Shown here in pieces: positions 13,664 to 26,700 of a DNA stretch of 64,000 bases. How positions within the stretch are numbered: position 1 is the first letter of the stretch; the number at the start of each line of letters is the position of its first letter. The notes under the pieces were generated by a model. That model had not been told where the DNA came from, searched no databases, and saw only the letters and a program-made list of their open reading frames with translations. Source of the stretch: Octopus bimaculoides (lineage: Eukaryota); the NCBI RefSeq assembly GCF_001194135.2, contig NC_069004.1:22005415-22069414 (forward strand). The letters run 5' to 3'. The translations under genes were made by a program, and so were the position numbers.

Positions 13664-14148
13664 AGGTGCTGGAGTGGCTGTGTGGTAAGAAGCTTGCTTC
13701 CCAACCACATGATTCTGGGTTCAGTCCCACTGTGTGACACCTTGGGCAAGTGTCTTCTACTACAGCCTTGGACTGACCAAACCATTGTGAGTGGATTTGG
13801 TAGATGGAAACTGAAAGAAGCCCATCATATATATATGTATGTATGTATGCAGGTATATATATATATATATATATACACACACAAATATATACACATATAT
13901 ATGTGTGTTTTTATATATATATATATGTATATATATGCATGTATTTGTGTGTCCGTGTCTGCCCCCCACACCATCACTAGACAAGTGAGGTTGGTGTGTT
14001 TACATCCCTGTAACTTAGTAGTTTGGCAAAAAAGACTGATAGAATAGGTACTAGGCTTACAAAGAATAAGTCCTGGGGTCGATTTGCTCAACTAAAGGCA
14101 GTGCTCCAGCATGGTCACAGTGAAATTACTGAAACAAATACAAGAATA
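13664..14148 (+). mobile_element. Full-length tRNA-derived SINE (head GGAGTGGCTGTGTGGTAAG)
   Basis: tRNA-like boxes, internal TA/TG microsatellite, tail GAAACAAGTAAAAGA. Plus copies 20812-21100, 23531-23998, 24590-25010, 25870-26040, 34405-34835, 57487-57792, 59927-60025; minus copies 21590-21745, 31215-31465, 47830-47990, 52920-53030, 61860-62020, 62385-62660, 63385-63500. Confidence 0.9.
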
Positions 14149-14149
14149 C

Positions 14150-14537
14150 TTCTGTGCAGCTTCCACTTTTACTTTTTACCTTTAACCTTTGAGTTATCTG
14201 GATTCTTAACCCCTTTTCAACTATATATGTATATATATATATTTCCATAAACCAGAACAAAAAGAGAATTTGAGTGGTTATATATTTAAATTATTGAATA
14301 GTTCAATATTCCTGGCTACAGCACATAACCAATCTGAAAGTTACCATTGGTTTTGTGCTTACTAGGCACTTGGCATCACTGACAACTCTTCAGATGTGCT
14401 AGCTGGATACCATAACCAAAAATACTTGATAGTATAAATGCATACGCATGTAATACAATTTTTCTGAATTATCAGATTTTTTTATATGCTAGACCACTGG
14501 TTTTGAATTGAAATTAATATTCAATTTATCACCCTCA

Positions 14538-14575
<38 letters not shown>

Positions 14576-17030
14576 NNNNNNNNNNNNNNNNNNNNNNNNN
14601 NNNNNNNNNNNNNNNNNNNNNNNNNNNNNNNNNNNNNNNNNNNNNNNNNNNNNNNNNNNNNNNNNNNNNNNNNNNNNNNNNNNNNNNNNNNNNNNNNNNN
14701 NNNNNNNNNNNNNNNNNNNNNNNNNNNNNNNNNNNNNNNNNNNNNNNNNNNNNNNNNNNNNNNNNNNNNNNNNNNNNNNNNNNNNNNNNNNNNNNNNNNN
14801 NNNNNNNNNNNNNNNNNNNNNNNNNNNNNNNNNNNNNNNNNNNNNNNNNNNNNNNNNNNNNNNNNNNNNNNNNNNNNNNNNNNNNNNNNNNNNNNNNNNN
14901 NNNNNNNNNNNNNNNNNNNNNNNNNNNNNNNNNNNNNNNNNNNNNNNNNNNNNNNNNNNNNNNNNNNNNNNNNNNNNNNNNNNNNNNNNNNNNNNNNNNN
15001 NNNNNNNNNNNNNNNNNNNNNNNNNNNNNNNNNNNNNNNNNNNNNNNNNNNNNNNNNNNNNNNNNNNNNNNNNNNNNNNNNNNNNNNNNNNNNNNNNNNN
15101 NNNNNNNNNNNNNNNNNNNNNNNNNNNNNNNNNNNNNNNNNNNNNNNNNNNNNNNNNNNNNNNNNNNNNNNNNNNNNNNNNNNNNNNNNNNNNNNNNNNN
15201 NNNNNNNNNNNNNNNNNNNNNNNNNNNNNNNNNNNNNNNNNNNNNNNNNNNNNNNNNNNNNNNNNNNNNNNNNNNNNNNNNNNNNNNNNNNNNNNNNNNN
15301 NNNNNNNNNNNNNNNNNNNNNNNNNNNNNNNNNNNNNNNNNNNNNNNNNNNNNNNNNNNNNNNNNNNNNNNNNNNNNTATATATATATATATATATGGGC
15401 AACACACACACACACACGTACATATGTACACCAATTGCATACATATTTTTTGTACGCATACATATTCGTATGTGTGTGTGTGTTGTCCATATATCAACAA
15501 AACACTTTTTTCCTTGGTGGGAAAAAAACAACAAAAGTCTTAACAAAAACTTACTCGTCGCTAGAAAGGGACTTAACTCCTGTTTGTAAACAATTGTGAT
15601 TTCTCTGACTTGAAAATTGTTAAGTTTTGGTTGAAAATTTATTTTTACTGCTATTTGCTGGTTCTTCTGGGGCAAAATAAGTTGACGAAAATACAGCTAG
15701 GGTAATGACGATTGTCCTCCTAAAGTTGGAGCAACATGCATGCTAATTTGTGGACGTGCATAAATTACATTCAAGTACACACACACACATCTTGCCTTTT
15801 ATACATACAGATTACATATAAACAGGTGTTGTTTTATTAATGACATCCCATCCAAACACAAATATGCAAATTAGGCTGTCCCCCAAGATGTCAGCCTAAC
15901 TCATGACTGCTTTATAAGTAGCTGATCTATGCTACTGATTGGAGGGGAAAATGCTAGGTATATCTTCTCTGAGGAGCAATCAGTGAACTATGAAATTATC
16001 TGTCATGAGACTCCCTCCCTTTTTTTTTTTTTTCTACACAACATTAATATGGAAAGAATGTGTTTACATTCATATGTAACCTACAGTGAGGCCTTATAAT
16101 GTTTAAATTTATTTAAGTTCTTCTGATTTATGATGTATTGGGCAGAAAAAATGCTTCAAAGATACACTCAAAGCCTCACTGAAGTGCTTTCAGATCAATC
16201 CTGACACCTGAGAAATGCAAGCACAGGACTACTGTGTCTGGCGTAGCTATGCAAACAGAGGTGCAGGATTGCAAGAGCTCAAAGGAAACATGAGCTGTGC
16301 AAGTCCAGAGCCAACTCCTTGCCTTAATTCGCAGCAAATTACCAATGCCTGACTTGCAGCAGAACCTTCTGAGCTTACATTGACCTGATCAGCCACAACC
16401 AGACGTGTCCCACCTTCTTCTCCCATGTGATGTCTCTGGTCATCGTCCACAACGGATGAACATTATTATTATTATATGTATGTATGAATATTTAAATATA
16501 TATCCGTATATACTTTGATGTTTTGTAAACAACTTGCACATGCAAGTGCTACCAATTGAAAGCTCTGCATACATTCATACATACATACATACATATATAA
16601 ATATACATATACACACACACATATAAATGTAAATATACAAATATACATATATACATACTTTCAAACATATATACTCAGCTTCACTGTAAAGAAAAAAGAA
16701 AGACCTATTAAAATGTGAATGCAGGATCCATCTCAATGTCCCTTGTTAAGGACTGAGGTAGCACAACCTTTCACCCAGCTAACACATGGGGGAGGGAGAG
16801 AAATGAGAGAGGGGGAGATAAAGAGAGAGAGGGGAGAGGGAGAAAAACAAAGATAGAGAGCATCCCCTTCCCCAACAATCACACTATATGATAATAATAA
16901 TAACTGTGTGGAGGGGGAGGGCTGTAAGAGGTTTGTGGGTGTGTATTTGTGTGTATGTACATGTACGTATTTGTACGTATGCATGCCTTGTGTTTGAGCA
17001 TGTGTGTGCATGTGTGTGTGCATGCATGTG
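14150..17030 (-). other. Probable long 3' UTR of the full-length ELKS isoform
   Basis: Follows the stop; no SINE copies seen, only microsatellites and an N-gap; minus-strand AATAAA at 16108-16113 and 15833-15838. True end unknown. Confidence 0.5.
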
Positions 17031-17189
17031 TCACGTGCTTTGACAACTCTCCGTATCAGATGATTCCATCATGGAAACAAAATTGTCTAATAATTCTGGG
17101 TAGGAAGCTCCTACTCTCTGTAGTAAGATATTGGCATAATCTTGTAATTTCTGGCAGTCTCGGTCACTTTTATGCAGTTCCAGTCGAAC
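17031..17189 (-). CDS. ERC1: ELKS terminal coding exon (FIP-RBD-like): VRLELHKSDRDCQKLQDYANILLQRVGASYPELLDNFVSMMESSDTESCQST*
   Basis: Acceptor tttttctgctatcattacAG; resembles the ERC1a C-terminal LQEFANAILQQIADHCPDILE; TGA at 17031-17033. Confidence 0.92.
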   Translation of the reverse strand, partial: VRLELHKSDRDCQKLQDYANILLQRVGASYPELLDNFVSMMESSDTESCQST

Positions 17190-17569
17190 CTGTAATGATA
17201 GCAGAAAAATAAAACAATGAAAAAGACCACGAAAAAGAAAAGAAAAATAGAAAATATCTGAGACAAGAAACAACATAAAAGTGTATAAAAAATCTTGTAA
17301 CTAACCTTTAATGGAAACTTACCACATCAGGGATTGAACATAAATAAATTTTTAAAAATAAAATTAACATTAGGACTATGAATACAGTTCTTTATTTAAG
17401 AGACAAGGAATTATGTACATTATTTACATTATTTACATTTGACGGATATTTGTCCTCATCTTGTTTGTTGTTAACACAACGTTTCGGCTGATATACCCTC
17501 CAGCCTTCATCAGGTGTCTTGGGGAAATTTCGAACCTAAGGTATTTTATTATTATTATCATTATTGTTA

Positions 17570-17612
<43 letters not shown>

Positions 17613-17683
17613 AGTCACNNNNNNNNNNNNNNNNNNNNNNNNNNNNNNNNNNNNNNNNNNNNNNNNNNNNNNNNNNNNNNNNN

Positions 17684-17755
<72 letters not shown>

Positions 17756-20700
17756 GAAAAATATCTTAGGAATGAGAACCCAGGTTCGAAATTCCCCCAA
17801 GACACCTGAAGAAGGCTGGAGGGTATATCAGCTGAAATGCTGTGTTAACAACAAACAAGATGAGGATGAATATCCGTCAAATATAAATAATGTAGGACAA
17901 TGAAATCAGTGTTGGTCTGCATTGGCAAATAATGAATATATAAAAAGAAATTCAAAAGTGAAATTAATTAGTTTGTCTTGAGGAAGAGAAAATGTCTAAT
18001 AGTTCAGGCTGGACCTTTCATTGGAAAATCATTGAATATCAGAAAACATTTTTCACTACGATGAAGAGTCCTGCTGAAATGCCAGAATTTTTTCCTTTTC
18101 CTCATGGCAAACCAATATGTAGTTTAACATAGAAATCATAAAGTTTGTTTAATGTGTTCAGTGCATTCTGTTTTAGGAATGTCGATATCTTTTGGGGCTC
18201 TTTCTTGTTATATTATTATCATTACTTTTTTTCCTTTTGCAAACAACTTGCATATACAAGTGCTACCAGTTGAAAGTTCCACATTCTGGATACTAGCAAG
18301 ATTATGGGATCAAAAGGAGAGAATACATGCCGTTTCGGGGCTTTCCTCTTAACGGCATTATTATGCACTGGCTCCCCTCACTGAGATGGGGCCCCACCTG
18401 CTAGATCAACTGGTTACTAGGTTTTGCTCAATATAATGAGACAAAATTATCTCATCTTGCCACTACAGTTGGTTTCATTGACGATCTACCCTATATCAAT
18501 CAGTGAGGCACCCACACAACCTTTGCATGTTTATTTATTGGTTTCTTGTTCTTGTATATTCCTTCTATTTGCTTCATCATCCTCATTTAATATCTGTGTT
18601 TCATGCTGGGATAGGTTGGATGGTTTGACAGAATCCAATGAGCCCAAGGATTACATTATGCTCCAGTGCTTATTTTGGCATGGTTACTATGTCTGGATGC
18701 CCTTCTTAACACCAACCACTTTACAGCATGTAATGGGTGCCACCAACACTAGTGAGGTTGTCATGCAGCTTACAAGACTATGAACCCTGACTGAGGAGGA
18801 GGAACTTAATGTTAGGAGAATAAGGAGAGGGACAAGGACCAGAGCAAAATGAGTATCTTGATGTGGAGAAGGGACATGACTCCTCACCTCCTAAAAGAGA
18901 CAGCGTGATGGGATGGAGTTGGAAAGTAATAAAAAGTGGTGATGAGGGATCAGAGTGGACCTTTAAGATATGAAGGGAGTAAGAATGGGAAGGGTAGGGG
19001 CAACAGGAGTGAGTGGGTGGAGTAGGGGATGTCTGATAGTGCAGGGTAGCAGTAATAATTTCTCAGATATTTTTATTTATTTAGCACTTTGGCTTGTTTT
19101 GATATCAAAACCTGTAGCTTTGCTAGCATGAACAGTTATTCATTAACTCTTTAGCATTTAAACCAGCCATATCTGGCCCAAATTTGCTGTCTGTTTTATG
19201 TTCAAACCAGCCAGATCTAGCCTATCACACCTACCCTTCAATGTCATTCTAAAAATATACAATCACATCATCAAAATTTTGAAGATATGAGATATTGCAT
19301 GATTAATTAAAAACAATGTGAATGAAAAAACATTACATTTGACAGAATAATCTGAATGCTAAAGGGTTAAACTCTATCTTGTTCAACTGTCTTAATATAT
19401 ATTTACTTACCAACAAAGCTTAGCTACTTTTTGTAAGCAGTTACAATTTCATTTGCGGTATGCTATGAAAATATTTTGCTGATTTGTTTATCAGAATCTT
19501 CTGAAATCAACTTATTACTACCTCACAGCTGTTCAAAAATTTTATTCCATGTGAAATATAAAAATACTACAAATAAAAGTATATTTGAAATGTTTCTACA
19601 GTGGTGCTAATTTTACGGAACTCTTAGAACAAGAAGAATTCTACAAATTTTTTCAACTCTTAATCCAGTATTCTGATTTACATTTACTGTTATGCTTGCA
19701 TTTTTACATGCAACCTGTTTGCTATTAAATGTAAGACATTCATTATATTTACTGACAAGAAAAATAGTGAACCAGGCTATAAAAGCACTTCTTTGCTGTT
19801 GCTATGGTTTCAATAATTGATTAAACTGAGAGAGGGTAGACTGGTGTTTTAAATGGGAAAATTCAACTGATACTAACAATTAAAAAACACACAAAAATAA
19901 AAATCGAAATTCTATTTATGCTTAACTGGACAAACGACTTAATCTATTGATGTCTATTTTTTATTTCTCATTAATGAGTTCAGAAACTGATTAATGAGGA
20001 AAAAATGATTAAACAGCAATCTATAAGATATTCTTATACTTGGGGATGGGTCATATTTTGCCAATTAAACACATGCACTACACATTTGGTCTTCACTTCA
20101 GCTTTATTAATATTATTTTAGCTTCTTTGTCAAAGCTCTATCTTCACACATTCTGTGACCTCTTCAGTAACTGTCTGTCCCACATGTCTCCTTTTGTTTT
20201 GCTTATTCCATTTTGTCTTTTTGTGGTTTGTATCTCTATCTAAACAGAACAAGAGAAGACATGGGAGATAGAGAGTTGCTGAAGAGGTCACAAGATGTGT
20301 GACGAAAGAGCTTTGACAAAGAAACTAAAAATAATAATAATAATAAAGCTGAAGTGAAGCCCAAATGTATAGAGCTTGTGTTTAATTGGCAAAATATGAC
20401 CCATCCCCAAGTATAACAATGTCTGTTTCAACACACAATTTTATATTGGGGATCTTGCAAAACATAAATATAAAATATTCACTAATCAGAAATAAGTAAA
20501 AGTAAGGGCAGTCACAAGTTGAAGGACTTATAGGGCCAGTCACCCAGTTTCCATCGTATGTAAATGAACAATATCATGACATTCTCCCTGAATGGGGTTC
20601 CAGTCCATTGCAGGGTTACTAATTTACAGCTGAGTAGATTGGAGCAACATGAAATGAAGTGTTTTGCTCACTGTACTGCCTGGTCCAGGAATTGAAACCA

Positions 20701-21117
20701 TGATTCTGCAATCATGGGTGCAACACCCTAACCACATGCCTTTGCAGGAATAAGATGAGTATATATTAAGTTATTCATCTACTGTGTGGTGATGTTGTGG
20801 GGTTAAGAACTTTCACAGGCGTGGCTGTGTGTTAAGAAGTTTGCTTCGCAACCACATGGTTCTGGGTTCAGTTCCACTCTGTGACATCTTGAGCAAGTGT
20901 TTTCTATTATATTCTCAGGTTGACCAAAACCTTGTGAGTGGATTTGGTAGGCAGAAACTGAAAGAAGCCCATCATATGTGTGTGTTTGTTTGTCCCTCAC
21001 TAATGCTTGGCAACTGGTGTTAGCATGTTTATGTCTCCATAACTTAGTAGTTTGGCAAAAAAGACTGACAGAGTAAGTACCAGGCTTAAAAAGAAAAATA
21101 AGATTTGGCGTTGATTA

Positions 21118-21149
<32 letters not shown>

Positions 21150-21532
21150 NNNNNNNNNNNNNNNNNNNNNNNNNNNNNNNNNNNNNNNNNNNNNNNNNNN
21201 NNNNNNNNNNNNNNNNNNNNNNNNNNNNNNNNNNNNNNNNNNNNNNNNNNNNNNNNNNNNNNNNNNNNNNNNNNNNNNNNNNNNNNNNNNNNNNNNNNNN
21301 NNNNNNNNNNNNNNNNNNNNNNNNNNNNNNNNNNNNNNNNNNNNNNNNNNNNNNNNNNNNNNNNNNNNNNNNNNNNNNNNNNNNNNNNNNNNNNNNNNNN
21401 NNNNNNNNNNNNNNNNNNNNNNNNNNNNNNNNNNNNNNNNNNNNNNNNNNNNNNNNNNNNNNNNNNNNNNNNNNNNNNNNNNNNNNNNNNNNNNNNNNNN
21501 NNNNNNNNNNNNNNNNNNNNNNNNNNNNNNNN

Positions 21533-21578
<46 letters not shown>

Positions 21579-23690
21579 CTAGCAACAAGCTTCTTACACT
21601 TTCTGTGTACCAAATCCACTCTCAAGGCTTTGGATGACCTGAAGATACAGCAGAAGACACTTGCCCAATGTGCCTAAGTGCCATGCAGCAGGACTGAACC
21701 CAGAACAACATGGTTGGGAAATAAGCTTTTTACCACACAGCCACATTTGTCCCTGGAAAACTTTCAAAATTGTCATCCAATCACTGATGCATATGTGTTT
21801 GTTTGTGTGTGAGTATAATGAGATAAACCATTAATAAAAGCAAAAAAAAAAAAAAGATACGAAAGATAGGGTTGCTTATTTTGTTAGAGAAATATATTTG
21901 TTCATTGACATGACTTTCAATCCAGCAGTTAAAATACAACAAAAGCCAAGAATGATAGGGACTCACAGCCAACTGGCTTGGAGATTTTTTTAGTCAACAC
22001 CTTACCTTAAGCTAGTGAAACAAAATGCACATGTATTATTGCTATTGTTATTATTAATACATCCACAGACCAGACAGCAATTAACATAAAATAATTTACC
22101 AATAGATACTTAACACAAATACATATATACAAATTGTAAGGAATATATGAGGCGGTACTGAAAAGTAACCAGAAACATTCTCTGTAAAACAAGCCCATTG
22201 TAGTTCAGGTTTCCATCACTAGAGGTCACTTGATGTGACACTCAAGCATTAGTCTGCCAACCAGAGGTGTTGGTTGTAGCCCTACTGCCATGTGGTGCGT
22301 CTTTGCTTTGCTGTGCTTCTCTCCTCTTCATCAATTTTTGCGATGGCTGAAACAAAGGAACAACGAGCTTCCATGAAATTTTGTTTTCTGCTGAAACAGT
22401 GGCTGAAACAGTGGCTGAAACAGTGGCTGAAACAGTGGCTGAAACAGTTGTGATGCTTCAAACACCTTACTGGACGCTGCCATGAGCAAAACACAAGTTT
22501 ACAAGTGGTTTCCATGATTTAGGGATGGTCACTTGTTGCTTGAGGACCAACCGCATTCAGGACAACCATCAACTTCTCAAATGAATGAAAATTCATGGAT
22601 TGGTCTTGGCAGACTGTCACCAAACAATTGACAAACTTGTTGATATGACTGGCGTGTCCTGGAGCTCCTGCCAACGAATTTTGAAAGAGGAATAGCAAAT
22701 GAATAGAGTTGCAACAAAATTTATGCCTCACTTGCACACAGAAGATCAAAAGCAGTCTTGACGAAATGCATGTCATAAATTGAAAGAACAGTTGGAAGTT
22801 GATCTAGACCAATTTCGAAGGTCATCATTGGTGACGAAAGCTGGTGCTACGGAATTTGCCGATGTGGAAGAGGTGAAGAAAAAAACAACGGAGATGTTAA
22901 AAGGCATTACCTCGCAAGAGTTCCAGCACTGTTTTGAATACTGGAAAACGCGTCTGGGCCGATGCATTGCTTCAAATGGGGAATACTTTGAAGGCAATGA
23001 AAGTGTAAACATGTAAAACTAAGTGAATAAAATAATATCGCAATATTTCAGTTTCTGTTGGGTACCCCCTCATATAAAACCATAAATATGTAAGAGAAAA
23101 GAAACAGGTTTATACAACATACAATATAATTTATGCAATGAGGTTATACAATACATGAATATACATTATATTCAATACATATAATAATCATTTTTCACTG
23201 GTTTATATTTTTATAACACACACATGCACATGCATGTGCACACACACACACACAGATTACTTTCATTGATACAAACTAAGAATTAGATTCCTTGGAACCT
23301 GAATTTCTTGCTGCAAAACTGGCAGTAGAATTGATCATTTTATTCCCTCACCCCTAAAAAATCAATTCTTTTCTTTTATAACTTTATAATTGTGGTGCAA
23401 AAACCCAATATCAATTATATTAATTTAATCTTTGCAATAATCATTTTTCCATGCAATAAACAATTACTAATTTTAGGTAGTCTTTTCTTGGTTCAAAAAT
23501 TTTCCAAAAGACAAATTTTTGGTGAAGTGAAGCGCAGATGTGGCTGTGTGGTGAGAGGCTTTCTTCCCAACCACATGGTTCCAGGCTCAGTCCCACTGCA
23601 TGGCACCTTGGGCAAGTGTCTTCTGCTATAGTCTTGGACCAACCAAAGCCTTGTGAGTGGATTTGGTAGATGGAAACTGAAAGAGGCCTG

Positions 23691-23779
<89 letters not shown>

Positions 23780-26700
23780 TGTGTGTGTCTTTGTGTCTGT
23801 GCTTGCTCCCCTCCCGCCACTGCTTGACCACTGGTGTTGGTGTGTTTATGTCTCTGTAACTTAGAGGTTTGGCAAAGGGGCCTGATAGAATAAGTGTCAG
23901 ACTTCAAAAAAAAGTACTGTTGTTGATTCATTCAGCTAAAAATTCTTCAAGGCAGTGCCCCAGTATGGCCACAGTCTAATGACCGGAACATGTAAAAAGA
24001 TCAACAATATAATTCATCTTTATCTATGGAATTTGAAGCAGATGAAGCTATGACATTGTAAATAACATACAGTTCTTGTTGGTAAGAACAAAGCTTTTAA
24101 AGATAGAGAATTTTGAATGATTGGTTTAGTACAATGGTAGAATGACTACCATTCTTTTACAGAAGATGTGGCTCCATGTCCCATGGGCAAACTTCACTTT
24201 TTCTATCCCAAAGAGTTTTTAACCCAATATTTACATGCTATTAATTATAGCTTTATTAAAGCAACAAACTGGCAGAATTGTTAGAGCATTGGGGAAAACG
24301 CTTTGCAGTATTTGTTCCAGCTGATTATGCTTTAAGTTCAAATTCCACTGAGGTTAACTTTGCCTTTCATCCTTTCAGAGTCAATAAAGTAAAGTACCAT
24401 TCAAGTTACTGGGATTGATGAAGCTGACCTTGTGCCAAAATAAGGAAGAATTATTTATAGCTTTATCTACTTTGAGTTCTACAGTTAAAAATGTATTATT
24501 CCACATCCTTTGAAGCTTCTAAATTCTTATGATATAAACAATCAAAATTGTGTTTAATAATGTAGAATTATTTTAAAAATCAAAAACAAGGTGTAGGCAT
24601 GGTTGTGTGGTAAGAAGTTTGTTTCCCAACCACATGGTTCTGGGTTCAGTCCCACTGAGTAGCATCTTGGGCAAGTGTCTTCTGCTATAGCCTCGGGCCG
24701 AGCAAAGCCTTGTGAGTGGATTTGGTAGATGGAAACTGAAAGAAGCTTGTGATATATATATATATATATACGTGTGTGTATGTATCTTTGTGTCTGTGTT
24801 AGTCCCTCATCACTACTTGATGACTGGTATTGGTGCATTTACATTCCTGTAACTTAGCAGTTTGACAAAAAAGACTGATAGAATAAGTATCAGGCTTAAA
24901 AATAAATAAAAATAAGTACTGGGATTGATTAGTTTGACTAAAATTCTTCAAGGCAGTGCCCCAGCATGGCTACAGTCTAATGACTGAAACAAGTAAAAGA
25001 TAAAAGATGAAAGATAGATCAAATATGCTACTGGTTCTATGATGTGCAAAATAACACAAAATAAATATGCATTTTGGTGTGTAAAACAGCAACTCATTTG
25101 ATGTCAATGTGGTAAAAAAAAATGTATACAAGAGAAAGGAATTTATGGATCATTGATAAAGTGTTTACAAAATCAATATTGAAGATACACTTTCAATTTT
25201 CTAGTTGTATCTTTGGAATTAAAGATATATACCAAAACAACTGGAGCAAATTTGCCTGAAGTTGAATTCTCAAAGAATGTAGTTCAGATATCAACATTTC
25301 AGGAACAATATGCAAGGTCCAGCTCCAACCTTGTAGCATTGGTTGCAAACCTGAGTATCGCTGCCCTTAATGTGAAGGAGAGAAAAATCAACAAATACAG
25401 GGGCCTGGCTGGCCACTATCAATTTGTGCTGATCACCATTGAGACATCAGGTGTTCTCAGACTCCATACTATCAATTTCCTTTGCAAAATAGGGATAACG
25501 ATGGCCTATTGAAGAAATGAGCCCCATGAGGTGGAGTAGCTGCTGCAGTCATTACTGTGGGGCAAGGCTGAGCTCACCATTTGTTCTCAGGTATGTGACC
25601 CATCGCCCCATCTCCCTCCATCTACTGCTGCCTTACCCCACCTCGCCACTACCTTTTCTCCTTTTCTTTCTTTTCCTTTCTTATGTCTCTTCTTTTCTGT
25701 GTCCCTGTATTTAAACGTCCTAATAAAATTCATTAAAGTAATATTAAAAAAAAAATATATGCAAGATTTTCATAAAACTTAAAGAGGGAATGGTTGTACA
25801 AAGACTGGTGAAAAGAACAAAACAGCCTCCGTAAACAAATATCCTTTTTTAATATCTTTCTTTAAAAAATATATATTGCACAGGCATGGCTGTACGATTA
25901 AAAAACTCCCTTTGAAAAGTTCAGTTCTGCTACAAAGAACCTTGCTTGCTAGAATAGTCCTGGACCAAACAATGCCTTATGAATGAATTTGGTGTATGGA
26001 AACTGTATGGAAGCTCATTGTGTGTGAGTATGTGTGTGTGTGTGTGTCTATGCCTTTGTTTCCCACACATTGGATAATGTAGATGCAGTATAATGCCAAG
26101 GAACAGACTCTGGTGTCTTCCATGACAAGTGTTATGTGCCTGACATAGAATTTTCCTTGCAGGAAATAAAAAGAAGTTTCACCTTTGTCTATCTTTGGGT
26201 GTTTTTTTGCAATCTTATCATATTTAATCATTTATGAGAAATTGAAGAAATAGTACTTGGTTTCAGTACTCATCTAGTACCTTATTTATCAACTGCTAAA
26301 GGAAGAAAGGCAAAGCTAACCTTGGCAAGATTTGAGGTTAGAGTGTAGAAAAGTGAAACAAATATCACAAATTATTTGTATCTGACTAACAATATACCAT
26401 CTTATTTAGATGATGTAGTCCTAAATATACAAAATGTTGACATGTCATGTCTGGAACATCTTTGACCACAGGCCTGTTAGATCAGAGCCACCTTGGGTAA
26501 AACAACAACATCAATCAACAAAACAAGAAAAAAAATAAAACATGTTTTAAAATAAATGTGTAGAAACAGATTCTAATACTGAAGATTATAAAATCATAAA
26601 CTGGAATAATGCCACAAGCTCTATCTAGTCATATACATGCCATCTGCGGATTGAGAAGCCGTATCTTTTAAAATAAACTGCATTTAATCTAAGATGGATT

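Larger units (their letters stand above)
17426..17894. mobile_element. Inverted pair of a short hammerhead-bearing repeat around (ATT)n/(AAT)n tracts and an N-gap
   Basis: 17426-17540 is the reverse complement of about 17760-17894, with several substitutions and an indel. Confidence 0.85.

Noticed and set aside
10164-15675. Long poly-X ORFs here and at about 21.1, 36.8, 46.1, 59.5 and 61.1 kb
   Set aside because: They are translations of N-gaps
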